A stretch of DNA of 64,000 bases, taken from the NCBI GenBank assembly GCA_048882485.1, contig JBHLRP010000004.1, positions 1,657-65,656 of the forward strand, read 5' to 3'. Below are positions 54,780-64,000 of this stretch, piece by piece. The notes beneath the pieces are model-generated. The model had not been told where the DNA came from, made no database searches, and saw only the letters and a program-made list of their open reading frames with translations. Each line of letters begins with the position of its first letter. The first letter of the stretch is position 1. Source of the DNA: Candidatus Thorarchaeota archaeon (GTDB taxonomy: Archaea; Asgardarchaeota; Thorarchaeia; Thorarchaeales; Thorarchaeaceae). A program made the translations under genes and the position numbers.

Positions 54780-55538
54780 ATGTCAATTACAAAATCTGAA
54801 CATGCGATAAAGATAGAGAACCTGACCAAGAGGTTTGAGGAAGTCACTGCGGTTGATGGACTTAACCTTGAGATTGGTTGGGGCGAACTGTTTGGCTTGC
54901 TTGGACCAAACGGTGCAGGCAAGACCACCGTAATCAATGTCCTCTGTACCATTCTTGAACCTACTGAAGGAGTTGCAGCCGTAGATGGTCACGATGTGGT
55001 GTTTGATGCAAATGCAGTTCGAGAGATAATCGGAGTCTGTCCTCAGGAACCAGCATTCTATGAGCACCTCACTGGGAGGGAGAACATCGAGCTCTTTGGA
55101 GACCTCCATGATGTACCAAGAGAAGTCCTAAAGGACCGAGTCGAGGACATGCTTGAAAAGATCGGGATGGTGGGAGATGCGGACAGACGTGCTGGTCAAT
55201 ACAGCGGTGGAATGATTCGCCGTGTCAGTACAGTGATGGCCCTCATTAATGATCCCCGAGTTGCACTGCTTGATGAGCCTACAGTAGCCATGGATCCTGT
55301 TTCGAGGCGTGCGGTGTGGGACTTCATCCGCGAGCTGCAAAACAACGGGAAAGCCATCATCCTGACGACTCACTATATGGAAGAAGCTGAAGAACTCTGT
55401 GACAGGGTTGGAATCATTGACCAAGGAAAGCTCATCGCCTTGGGCACTCCAAATGAGCTGATGGAGCAGCACAATGCTGAGGATCTCGAAGAGGTCTTCA
55501 TCAAACTCACTGGAAAGCAACTTAGGGCGGTGGTCTAA
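54780..55538 (+). CDS. ABC transporter ATP-binding protein (ABC-2 exporter type)
   Basis: 'GPNGAGKTT', 'YSGGMIRRVSTVMAL', 'LLDEPTVAMD'. Start set at the internal ATG (M34). Confidence 0.9.
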   Translation: MSITKSEHAIKIENLTKRFEEVTAVDGLNLEIGWGELFGLLGPNGAGKTTVINVLCTILEPTEGVAAVDGHDVVFDANAVREIIGVCPQEPAFYEHLTGRENIELFGDLHDVPREVLKDRVEDMLEKIGMVGDADRRAGQYSGGMIRRVSTVMALINDPRVALLDEPTVAMDPVSRRAVWDFIRELQNNGKAIILTTHYMEEAEELCDRVGIIDQGKLIALGTPNELMEQHNAEDLEEVFIKLTGKQLRAVV

Positions 55539-56699
55539 ATGGGTCTACGACGCATAACCGCCCTTACGAAGAAGAACTTGAAGATGTTCACAAGACAGCC
55601 TGCGGTTCTCTTCCTTCTCCTCCTGTTCCCCCTAATTGTCACAGCAACCTTTGGATTGGCCTTTGGTGGCATGGGTGAAGGGGGAGTGACCAACTTTGAT
55701 GTGGGATTGCTGAATCTAGACACTGCCACAACAGATCCTCAATGGGCTGACAGCTTCGAAGGGAATCTTTCAGAACTTGAGGGGATCACAGTCATTCATT
55801 ACGACGCCAACGAAACTGGTCAAGCAGAGCTACTTCAAGGAAATCTTGATGCATTCATTATCATTCCCGGAGGCTTTGGTGACAGCTGCACGTCATACTG
55901 GGGCTCGCCATTCGACGGAAGCTCTTGGACCAATACAACTGTCGAGCTCTATGTGGACAGTGGTTCTATGATTGCAAGTAGTGCAATTCCGCCGCTTGTG
56001 CAACAGGTTGTCTTGACAACTATGTTTGGAAGCGAAGCAACCACTCTGGACCTGCCTGTGGGAATAGGGAGCCCCTCCATGGTAGACGCAAGCACCTTCT
56101 CGCAGTGGGACTTCATGGCTCCTGGGATATTTGCCTTTGCTAGCATCTTCATGATAATGATAGTTGCACAGTCATTGACGGGAGAACGAGATGGTGGACT
56201 GCTGAAGAGGATGGGTACGACTCCACTAAAGTCACATGAGTTCATGTTGAGTTATGTGATTTCGTACATGATTATTGCAGTCATCCAAGTTCTCCTTGTG
56301 TTCACCGCGTCATATGCAATAGGCTATCGACCTGCCACTGATGTCAGTGGATTGGCATTTGCTTTTGCGATGTTGCTCGCTTTCTCTCTTGTAAACGTCG
56401 GCTTTGGCCTGATTGCAGCCACAATCTCCAAGTCAGCAGAAATAGCCTCTGGTATATCGTTCGTCTTCATCATGCCACAGATGTTTCTGGGCACTTTCAT
56501 GCCTCTTGGTGGAGCGACTGAAGTCATTGCACAGTTCATGCCAAGCAATTATGTGACTGAGGCCTTGACGACCTTGTTCCTACGTGGAGCTTCTATAACG
56601 ACTGTTTCTATCTGGACGGATCTGGCTCTGGTGTCAGTCATTGGCGTTGTGCTCCTTCTTATCGGTATAGCCCTCTTTCGTCGATTTGGAACAAGGTAG
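55539..56699 (+). CDS. ABC-2 type transporter permease
   Basis: One N-terminal TM helix, a large extracytoplasmic loop and ~5 C-terminal TM helices. Starts 1 nt after the ATPase stop. Confidence 0.8.
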   Translation: MGLRRITALTKKNLKMFTRQPAVLFLLLLFPLIVTATFGLAFGGMGEGGVTNFDVGLLNLDTATTDPQWADSFEGNLSELEGITVIHYDANETGQAELLQGNLDAFIIIPGGFGDSCTSYWGSPFDGSSWTNTTVELYVDSGSMIASSAIPPLVQQVVLTTMFGSEATTLDLPVGIGSPSMVDASTFSQWDFMAPGIFAFASIFMIMIVAQSLTGERDGGLLKRMGTTPLKSHEFMLSYVISYMIIAVIQVLLVFTASYAIGYRPATDVSGLAFAFAMLLAFSLVNVGFGLIAATISKSAEIASGISFVFIMPQMFLGTFMPLGGATEVIAQFMPSNYVTEALTTLFLRGASITTVSIWTDLALVSVIGVVLLLIGIALFRRFGTR

Positions 56700-56822
56700 A
56701 CAACTGGTTAGAGAAGGGAGTATAGTCCCTTCTCATTCCTTTTTTCTTATTTCCCGCAATCAAAGAGTAGTCTTTATCAGGAAGAAGTCGGGAGTGCGTT
56801 CTTTGTAGAGAGGATGTGAAAA

Positions 56823-57899
56823 ATGGCTTCTGAAGACCAATCAATGAAAACTGAACCTGCCCCAACCGAAAGGAAATCTAGAGCGGCATCCATCCTTTGG
56901 GTTGGCGGAATCGCATTCGCATTTGGATTCACTTTTCTAATCTGGTTCTTTGGTCCTCTGCTTGATCGATTTGTATTGGGTCCAGACCAAGGTCCTGCAT
57001 GGTACTACTGGCAGCTCCCCTCCCCTGATGTAATTGCCCAGTTCATAGTATGGACCTTCTATCTTGCCCATCAGTTTGTTGTGTGGTTTACGATTTATTG
57101 GGCGCAGAAAAACCTGATAGAACAGAAGACAAGGCCCACAACATCATTGACCAGGTACAACTGGGCCATGGTTGTCATCAGTGTCTTCTTTGTAATACTG
57201 CATCTTATTCAAACCCATATTTGGTTCGATGGACTAGCCCAGGACGTTCCCATTTGGACCAGTCAGGGTTCAGTCATTATAATGCTAATTCTCATCCTCG
57301 TAATTGAGAATCCCAGACGAGGCCTATTTCTTGGAAAAAGGGCTGGGAAGCCATTTACTGCACGTGTGTCAGGTCTTGTGCGGCGCATACACATGTACCC
57401 AATTGCATGGGCGCTTGTTTACACATTCTGGTTCCATCCAATGTTCTATGACCCACAGCTATTAACAGGCTTCTTCTACATGTTCCTTCTGTTCACACAG
57501 ATGACGGTGGCCTACACATCTGTGCATATTGATAAGAGGTGGGTTATCACTGTTGAGGGCTTTGTTGGCGTCCATGCTTTGGTAGTCGCCATATTCAACA
57601 CATTGGACCACGGAAGCACAGACATGTGGGCAATGTTCCTGTCTGGATTCGTGTTCATGTGGGTCTTCACGTACATGTATGCTCTGAATGTTAGAAGAGA
57701 AATGAAAGCTCTTGTCACACTGCTTTACTTCGTATTCCTAGCTTGGATCTACATCCCCACACCATTTGGATATGGAAGAGACATTTCGTATCTGTTGCGA
57801 TTTGAGATGCTTTGGATACCTATCATCTTGTATCTCCTAGCTGCGGTTGTGGCAGGAATTGGCTATGTATACCTGAAGGCTACCAAAAAGACGGAATAA
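56823..57899 (+). CDS. Polytopic membrane protein, Trp/Phe-rich, unknown function
   Basis: About 8-9 hydrophobic helices. No motif recognised. Confidence 0.55.
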   Translation: MASEDQSMKTEPAPTERKSRAASILWVGGIAFAFGFTFLIWFFGPLLDRFVLGPDQGPAWYYWQLPSPDVIAQFIVWTFYLAHQFVVWFTIYWAQKNLIEQKTRPTTSLTRYNWAMVVISVFFVILHLIQTHIWFDGLAQDVPIWTSQGSVIIMLILILVIENPRRGLFLGKRAGKPFTARVSGLVRRIHMYPIAWALVYTFWFHPMFYDPQLLTGFFYMFLLFTQMTVAYTSVHIDKRWVITVEGFVGVHALVVAIFNTLDHGSTDMWAMFLSGFVFMWVFTYMYALNVRREMKALVTLLYFVFLAWIYIPTPFGYGRDISYLLRFEMLWIPIILYLLAAVVAGIGYVYLKATKKTE

Positions 57900-57917
57900 G
57901 GAACCTCCCGCTACAAT

Positions 57918-59078
57918 ATGATTCGTCCATTCCATTCAATAACACAAGAATCTACTGCCTGCTATGTGGGTGGTAGAGTGGAAAGGCCGAGGTTGAGATT
58001 GAAGCTTGGGAATGCAAAGCTCGTTGGAATGGCATTAATCCTGATCATAATAGGTTCACTCTTTATAGTCATTAGTCCTCGTCCACACTACTCTGTTCCA
58101 CGTGAACAAACACCGCGCACTCACCCTGTTTCTTTCAACGTGTCATTAGATGACTCTGAGCGATATTATCCAATTGAACCACTTTCCTACGCTGGCATGA
58201 TTAGTCGAGTCGGAATTACTGACATGGAAACAAATGGGACTTCGGTTGGACTTTCCATCCAGAATAGGAACAATGTCACGGTTTTTGCAATATCTAGTGT
58301 TAGTCTGATTTCCAATAGCTCTCTGGTTGTTCAAGCTTCAGAAGACTCTAGAGTCATTCTGACCAGAGAAACTGGAGACGCCAATGGTAGTTTCGTGATA
58401 TTGATATGGGAAATAATGCCCCCGCCACCCATTGATCCTGCGGTCATTGGCGTCTATATTAACACCTTTCCCCTCCTAGCATTTGCAGCGTATGTTTTTT
58501 GGAAAATAGTCACAATGAAGACAGCCCGTAGAAGCATTAGACCAGCCTGGGTAGCTGTCCTAGTGTTAACTGGCCTCGTACTAGTGACTCCATACATTTC
58601 CGGATCTCTGGGGGGTTTCTTTACTCCCACAGCTATGACAGAACAGGTCTATTCTGATACGAGAACTTTGGAATTGAATGATTCAAACCCCAACAGGCTT
58701 TTGCCCTTTGGCAGTGAAATCTCAAATAACACAGAATCATTCAGAATACATTCGTTCGAAGATGATAACAAGAGGTATCATTTTGAACTGCTTGGTGTCG
58801 CTGGTGAGGTGGTTCTCTCTGCAACTCATGAAAACTCGTCTATAGCGTGGGAGATTATTGGGGGATCCGTAATTGAGAACCATAGTCTGAGTCTTTATAG
58901 AGCGGATAGCAATGTTGAAGTTAGCCTCACCATTGAAGCTAGTGCCACAATTGTAAGAGTCCCAGTCGATCCATTACCAGACTCAATTCTAGCAATCATC
59001 GGGTTCATTGCACTAATCCTGGCAGTGGCAGCAAGCCTCGCGGTTCAAACGGTGGAAAAAGTGGGACAAAACTGGTGA
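57918..59078 (+). CDS. Membrane-anchored protein with many N-glycosylation sequons (surface protein candidate)
   Basis: N-terminal anchor 'MALILIIIGSLFIV', central TM pair, C-terminal TM helix. Sequons NVS, NGT, NVT, NSS, NGS, NDS, NNT, NSS, NHS. Confidence 0.55.
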   Translation: MIRPFHSITQESTACYVGGRVERPRLRLKLGNAKLVGMALILIIIGSLFIVISPRPHYSVPREQTPRTHPVSFNVSLDDSERYYPIEPLSYAGMISRVGITDMETNGTSVGLSIQNRNNVTVFAISSVSLISNSSLVVQASEDSRVILTRETGDANGSFVILIWEIMPPPPIDPAVIGVYINTFPLLAFAAYVFWKIVTMKTARRSIRPAWVAVLVLTGLVLVTPYISGSLGGFFTPTAMTEQVYSDTRTLELNDSNPNRLLPFGSEISNNTESFRIHSFEDDNKRYHFELLGVAGEVVLSATHENSSIAWEIIGGSVIENHSLSLYRADSNVEVSLTIEASATIVRVPVDPLPDSILAIIGFIALILAVAASLAVQTVEKVGQNW

Positions 59079-59088
59079 ATGGCATTCC

Positions 59089-59194
59089 TAGACGTCAAAA
59101 TTCGAAACTTTGAATCTGAAAACATCAAGAGATTGCGGTCACAAATATCGAGCGAGATTGATTAGAGCCTAGTTGGACAACATCTTGACGTCTA
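59089..59194. promoter_or_regulatory. Pair of 10-bp inverted-repeat boxes TAGACGTCAA ... TTGACGTCTA upstream of the HdrA-like gene
   Basis: Boxes at 59089-59098 and 59185-59194 are exact reverse complements, each centred on the palindromic GACGTC. They lie 105-210 nt upstream of the ATG at 59300. Confidence 0.4.
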
Positions 59195-59299
59195 TGTAAT
59201 CTGCGAGGACTGCAAGAAATGACTAATGGTACATGACAGAAAGGTTATATCGCCAGTCCGTTGAGGCCCCCAGTACAACTGCAGCTTGGGGACTTAAAG

Positions 59300-62200
59300 A
59301 TGGCCACAACATCATCAAAGAAGTCGACGCCTGCAACCAAGCCAACTGACGTCCTTGTCATTGGCGCCGGAATGGCTGGTATCAATGCAGCTCTTTCTCT
59401 AGCTGAAGGAGGACACCATGCGCATGTCATTGAGAAATCGGTGAACATTGGCGGCAACTATGTGGCAGTGTACAAGATATTCCCAATGTTAGAATGCAGT
59501 GCATGCGTAATGACCCCACTGACCTCCTATGTAGGCAAACACCCCAACATCTCCGTTCATGCTCTTTCAACAGTTGAGAAAGTCACAGGCTCGCAGGGCA
59601 ATTTCACAGTCACGGTGAGAAAGAAGGCACGCTATGTCAATGAGGAAACCTGCACAGGATGTCAGAAGTGCATTGCAAACTGTCCTGTCGAGGTGCCATC
59701 AGAGTACGACCACGGTCTTTCTCTGCGAAAGGCCATCTACATGAACTTCCCTCAGCAGGTCCCTCTCGTCGCAACGATTGACAGGGAGAATTGTATTGGT
59801 TGTGGAACTTGCGCAGCGGTTTGTCCACAGGACTGCATCAGCTACGATGATGAGGACAGGGTATTCGATATTAATGTGGGTTCGATTGTTGTTGCCACAG
59901 GATTTCAAGAATACAAGCCAGAAGACTATAGTGAGTATGGCTATGGTGTCTTTCCGAACGTTGTCACAAGTCTGGAATATGATCGGATGACCCATCCGAC
60001 AGGGCCTACTGACGCACATATGATTCGGCCGTCTGACGGGAAAGAGCCTGAGAAGATTCTGTTCATCAACTGTGTGGGAAGCAGGGATGTCCGTGAGAAC
60101 ATCGGAGGATACAGTAAGCACTGCAACAAGGTCTGCTGTTCATTTGGCCTTAAACTAGCTCAAGTCACACGGATGCATTATCCAGAGGACCACTGTGAGA
60201 TAATCTACACCTACATGGACATGCGGACTGCTGGAAAGGCCCTAGAGGAGTTCCTATGGGACTCAGAACGAAATCATGCCATCAACTTCGTCCGAGGTCG
60301 AGTTGCAGAAGTTTCTGAAGACCCAGACACTCGCGACCTCTATGTCAAAATGGAGGATACTGAGAAAGGGGAAATCATCGAGATTGACAAAATCTCAATG
60401 GTCGTACTTAATGCAAGCTTCAGACCAAATAATGGACAAGAGGAACTCGCAAAGATTCTGAAGATTGACATAGACGAGAATGGGTGGGTGAAGACTGCCC
60501 ATGCGAACTCAGGCGGAGTAGAAACCACCAGAAAAGGAATCTTTGTTGCTGGCTGTGCAACGGGACCGAAGGATGGTACTGATAGTGTGAATGAAGGTAA
60601 AGGCGCGGGCATGGCATCTCACTCTCTTCTGCCGATACCAACGCCTGCAATACCTGAAGAGATTCCTCCAGCTGAACTTGGTGATGAGCCCCGTGTAGGC
60701 GTATTCATCTGTCATTGTGGCGGTATCATTGGCAATGTCATAGATTCACCCCGACTGGCTGACTGGGCAAAGGAAATGCCAAATGTGGCGTATGCGACCG
60801 ATTATCTATTCATGTGTTCAGACCCGGGACAGGAGTTGATTGTTGAAGCCATAAAAGAACACAAGTTGAACCGGATTGTGGTCGGATCATGTTCTCCGCT
60901 TCAACACCAGGAAACATTCAGAAGAGCCTTAATTGCCGCCGGTCTTTCACCCTATTACTTTGTTGGACCTGTTGGCCTTAGAGAACAGCTTTCTCTTGTA
61001 AATGCCAATGCACCTCTTGAGGAGCGTCAGGAAAAAGCTCAGGACATGATTCGTAGTGCAGTGGCTCAGGCAGTGAATTCTGAAGTGGTTCCTGTCAAGG
61101 AGGTTGAGGTTACCCGAGTAAGCATGGTAGTCGGAGGCGGAGTATCCGGAATGACTGCTGCACTGGACCTTGCTCGAAAAGGCTTTGATGTCATACTAGT
61201 GGAGAAACAAGACAAGCTTGGCGGTCGGTTAAACGACCTCCACCATCTCTTCCCTAAAATGGAATCGGCAAAAGAGATTGTTGACAGATTGGTTGCAGAG
61301 GTAGAGAATGAGAAACGGATTAAGATCATACTCAACTCCAAGGTTGTGAGCCGTGATGGCTCATATGGCAATTATGACATCGAGGTCGAGCATGTAGAAT
61401 CAGGTGAGAAGAATAACTATCGAATTGGATCGATGGTGGTGGCAATTGGCACCGAAACCTATACTCCGAAGGATGGAGAGTATGGTTATGGCGAGGTCCC
61501 AGCTGTCATATCTACACTTGACCTTGAAAGAAAACTCAGAAATGGCGAACTCAAGAAAGCTCCAAAGAATCCTGTCTTCATTCACTGTGTGGGCTCCAGA
61601 CAGAATCCAGGCGAAGGTTTCAGGCATTGCTCAAGAGTCTGCTGCTCAGCAATCGTCACCATGCAGCACGAGTTGAAGGAGCTGTTCCCTGAGATTAAGA
61701 TCTTTTCAGCTTACAAGGAACATATTCGTCCGTACGCAAATGGAATGGAAGAGATGTGGCGCGAAAACAGGCAGATGGGCGTATCCTATCTTCGTTGGGT
61801 CAGAGATAGACCAGTTACTGTTGAGAATGACCCAGGAAGCGGCGATGCTATTGTCACAATCTATGACACCTTGGCGCAGGAAACCTTCAAGATAAAGTCA
61901 GACATGGTCGTCCTCGCTCTAGGCCTTCATGCTCCAGATGATGTTAATGAGCTGGCAAAGGCACTTGGGATAAATCGTGGAGCTGATGGATTCCTAGCAG
62001 AAATGCACATGAAATACCGTCCAGTAGAAACCACCGTGCCGGGAGTGTTTCTAGGTGTTACCTACGCTAAGAATGTTGCAGACTCGATAAACCAGGCCAG
62101 AGGTGCCGCAAGCGAAGCAGCAGTCCCGTTGAACCTAGGTACTGTGGGAATCGAGCTTGAAACTGCAGAGGTGGACCAAGACCTATGTGTGGGGTGTGAC

Positions 62201-62404
62201 CTCTGTCACTATTCGGACATCTGCCCCTATGACGCAGTCTCAATGATTGAGATTGAGCCAGGAGTCAAGAAGAGTGTCACTGATGAGATGCGCTGTGAAG
62301 GTTGTGGTGCCTGTACTGCAATCTGTCCTACTGGAGCTCGCGACCTACGATGGTGGCGTGAGGGCAGCTTCATGGAACAGATTGAAGAGATGCTCAAGGA
62401 GTGA
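59300..62404 (+). CDS. Tandem HdrA-like flavo-iron-sulfur oxidoreductase (1034 aa)
   Basis: Two FAD folds ('VLVIGAGMAGINAALSLAEGG', 'VVGGGVSGMTAALDLARKG'). Inserted 2x[4Fe-4S] ('CTGCQKCIANCP', 'CIGCGTCAAVCP'). HdrA-type 'NCVGSRD..HCNKVCC' and 'HCVGSRQ..HCSRVCC'. 'VGVFICHCGGIIG'. C-terminal 'CVGCDLCHYSDICP', 'CEGCGACTAICP'. Confidence 0.85.
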   Translation: MATTSSKKSTPATKPTDVLVIGAGMAGINAALSLAEGGHHAHVIEKSVNIGGNYVAVYKIFPMLECSACVMTPLTSYVGKHPNISVHALSTVEKVTGSQGNFTVTVRKKARYVNEETCTGCQKCIANCPVEVPSEYDHGLSLRKAIYMNFPQQVPLVATIDRENCIGCGTCAAVCPQDCISYDDEDRVFDINVGSIVVATGFQEYKPEDYSEYGYGVFPNVVTSLEYDRMTHPTGPTDAHMIRPSDGKEPEKILFINCVGSRDVRENIGGYSKHCNKVCCSFGLKLAQVTRMHYPEDHCEIIYTYMDMRTAGKALEEFLWDSERNHAINFVRGRVAEVSEDPDTRDLYVKMEDTEKGEIIEIDKISMVVLNASFRPNNGQEELAKILKIDIDENGWVKTAHANSGGVETTRKGIFVAGCATGPKDGTDSVNEGKGAGMASHSLLPIPTPAIPEEIPPAELGDEPRVGVFICHCGGIIGNVIDSPRLADWAKEMPNVAYATDYLFMCSDPGQELIVEAIKEHKLNRIVVGSCSPLQHQETFRRALIAAGLSPYYFVGPVGLREQLSLVNANAPLEERQEKAQDMIRSAVAQAVNSEVVPVKEVEVTRVSMVVGGGVSGMTAALDLARKGFDVILVEKQDKLGGRLNDLHHLFPKMESAKEIVDRLVAEVENEKRIKIILNSKVVSRDGSYGNYDIEVEHVESGEKNNYRIGSMVVAIGTETYTPKDGEYGYGEVPAVISTLDLERKLRNGELKKAPKNPVFIHCVGSRQNPGEGFRHCSRVCCSAIVTMQHELKELFPEIKIFSAYKEHIRPYANGMEEMWRENRQMGVSYLRWVRDRPVTVENDPGSGDAIVTIYDTLAQETFKIKSDMVVLALGLHAPDDVNELAKALGINRGADGFLAEMHMKYRPVETTVPGVFLGVTYAKNVADSINQARGAASEAAVPLNLGTVGIELETAEVDQDLCVGCDLCHYSDICPYDAVSMIEIEPGVKKSVTDEMRCEGCGACTAICPTGARDLRWWREGSFMEQIEEMLKE

Positions 62405-62976
62405 GCACCTTGGTGAATATTGACGGCCTTCGTGCAGGATGGACCGTGTTGAATGACCTTCTGGGAGAGCTCAGAGCAAAGCATGTGTTCATCCCAGACC
62501 TCACCTATGCAGACCTGCGTAACTCAAAGATGGTGATAGAGTATCTCTCAAGTTTTGAAGGCGACCTCAGAAGCTCAGACCATGCAGATGAGAAACTCAG
62601 GGTCGAGATGGAAACAAAGATCATGAGCCTTCGTGAAACCCTGATGGTGTGGGCTGAAGAGAGGGATGGCGTCGGATATAGACAGGTCTGGGAAGACAAA
62701 TTTCAGCGTGCCTTGGATGGGAAAGCCGAGTATGTTGAGGAGGAGAAGACTCCAATCTCCGATATACCTAGGGAGAAGGATATAGGCTTCTTTAGAATCA
62801 GACTTCCAGATGAGATTCCAGTTGAAATCATATCAGAATTGGCTGAAGACTGCGGAGTACTCATATCCCTAGACGGCGATAGACATCTGCAGGTTAGTGG
62901 AAAGAAAGACTGTGTCAGGGATGCGATGAAACGACTTGGTGAAATATTCTATGGAGATAGTAAGCTGAGGAAATAG
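62401..62976 (+). CDS. Hypothetical protein (191 aa), translationally coupled to the HdrA-like gene
   Basis: The GTG start overlaps the hdrA-like stop (GTGA). Soluble and charged; no motif recognised. Confidence 0.55.
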   Translation: MSTLVNIDGLRAGWTVLNDLLGELRAKHVFIPDLTYADLRNSKMVIEYLSSFEGDLRSSDHADEKLRVEMETKIMSLRETLMVWAEERDGVGYRQVWEDKFQRALDGKAEYVEEEKTPISDIPREKDIGFFRIRLPDEIPVEIISELAEDCGVLISLDGDRHLQVSGKKDCVRDAMKRLGEIFYGDSKLRK

Positions 62977-63028
62977 CATCTCCTCAAATGTCACTCTTTA
63001 TCTGTTCGCTCATCCTCGGATAATTTGT

Positions 63029-63934
63029 ATGGCCATTGAACACTCGGATAGATTGGAGCGCGCGAAGCTCTCACTCATTGGATTATCAGTTGGAGATGCC
63101 TTTGGAGAGAGTTTCTTCGACTCTCACCCTCAATTGGTGAATCGGATAGCTGAACGCAGGATTCCGCCGGGTAGATGGCCATTTACTGATGATACGATGA
63201 TGGCTTTATCGATAGTTTCTGTTCTGAAGGAATACAAGGAGATTAACCAAGACGCGCTAGCGGCAAGCTTTGCGAGAAACTTCGATCCAGTTCGGGGCTA
63301 TGGCCTGGCAATGCATCATGCACTGCCGAGGATGGCTGCTGGAGAGAGATGGTCCTCCGTGGCATCCAACCTGTTTGGTGGAGAGGGCTCTTTCGGGAAT
63401 GGAGCGTCAATGCGAGTGGCACCAGTGGGTGGATATTTCGCTGATGACATTCTTGAGGCAAGAAGGAATGCAGCCTTGTCCGCGGAGGTCACACATACAC
63501 ATCCTGAAGCTGCAGCAGGTGCTATAGCAGTTGGACTAGCTGCTGCTTGGGCTGCCAGAATGAGCAATACCGAAGTCCCAACACCTGGCGAATTCATTGA
63601 AAAAGTAGTGAAGGGAGTACCTGATAGTATGACTAGGAGAGGAATTCTGAAAGCACAGGAAGTTCCTCCTCTTGCTACCCCTTCTGATGCTGCCGCCATT
63701 CTGGGGTGTGGGCAACAGATTACGACTCAGGACACTGTCCCATTTGTCATTTGGTGCGCTGCACATTATTTGGAAGACTATGAAAATGCCCTCTGGAACA
63801 CTGTAAGTGCGTTTGGGGATATGGATACGACATGTGCAATGGTTGGTGGTATTGTAGTTCTGTATTCTGGAATAGAAGGCATACCTAAGCAATGGCTGGT
63901 ACAGCGAGAAGCCCTTCCAGATCTGCCAATCTAG
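63029..63934 (+). CDS. ADP-ribosylglycohydrolase family protein (DraG/ARH-like)
   Basis: 'SLIGLSVGDAFGESFF', 'FTDDTMMALSI', 'GNGASMRVAPVG', 'GDMDTTCAMVGGIV'. Confidence 0.9.
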   Translation: MAIEHSDRLERAKLSLIGLSVGDAFGESFFDSHPQLVNRIAERRIPPGRWPFTDDTMMALSIVSVLKEYKEINQDALAASFARNFDPVRGYGLAMHHALPRMAAGERWSSVASNLFGGEGSFGNGASMRVAPVGGYFADDILEARRNAALSAEVTHTHPEAAAGAIAVGLAAAWAARMSNTEVPTPGEFIEKVVKGVPDSMTRRGILKAQEVPPLATPSDAAAILGCGQQITTQDTVPFVIWCAAHYLEDYENALWNTVSAFGDMDTTCAMVGGIVVLYSGIEGIPKQWLVQREALPDLPI

Positions 63935-64000
63935 ATGCCAAGAATGCCACTAATCGGGTCCAAAGAGATTCTATTCAGCTCAAGGCCCAGCTGTTCCTGA

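Noticed and set aside
1-64000. CRISPR arrays, rRNA genes, IS elements or integrases
   Set aside because: I saw no regularly spaced direct repeats, no rRNA-like conserved stretches and no transposase/integrase-like ORFs in any frame of the track. This is a by-eye scan only. Infernal/Rfam, tRNAscan-SE and ISEScan runs would be decisive.

Overview
This window looks like a chromosomal segment of an archaeon, very probably of the Asgard lineage. That assignment is an inference from three things: a eukaryote-like actin, a two-domain gelsolin and a Ras-superfamily small GTPase; typical archaeal operons (proteasome/exosome superoperon, KEOPS subunits, archaeal-type TyrRS); and an NYN-LOTUS protein. 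I call about 68 protein genes, densely packed, often with 1-8 nt start/stop overlaps and frequent TTG/GTG starts. I saw no rRNA, tRNA, CRISPR array, transposase or integrase. The main blocks are listed below.
- 2.8-17.2 kb: dispersed cytoskeleton and GTPase genes (gelsolin, a zinc-ribbon/polyproline/coiled-coil protein followed by a divergent GTPase, and actin).
- 3.4-8.4 kb: a beta-class DNA methyltransferase next to an MCM-like winged-helix protein, then an NYN-LOTUS protein with an Fe-S protein.
- 17.5-21.2 kb: a wHTH protein plus an RNase III-domain protein, convergent with a SAMHD1-like HD hydrolase. This is the best candidate here for an undescribed nucleic-acid-directed module.
- 22.8-27 kb: a nucleotidyltransferase/CDP-alcohol transferase pair, Sua5, THUMP, Cgi121 and a PRTase.
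- 27-33.4 kb: histidine utilisation genes hutI, hutH and hutU.
- 36-45.8 kb: a 13-gene co-directional run (psmA, SBDS, rrp4, rrp41, rrp42, eL43, Brix, Pcc1, pfdB, a small acidic protein, DHH, ecfA1/ecfA2/ecfT).
- 49.3-54.6 kb: an AOR/class II aldolase/FGGY kinase/2-hydroxyacid dehydrogenase/SCP2 cluster.
- 54.8-59 kb: an ABC-2 exporter and membrane proteins.
- 59.3-64 kb: a 1034-aa tandem HdrA-like flavo-Fe-S protein and an ADP-ribosylglycohydrolase.
All calls rest on motif recognition by eye. No database search was run. Coordinates of non-ORF elements may be off by 1-2 nt.
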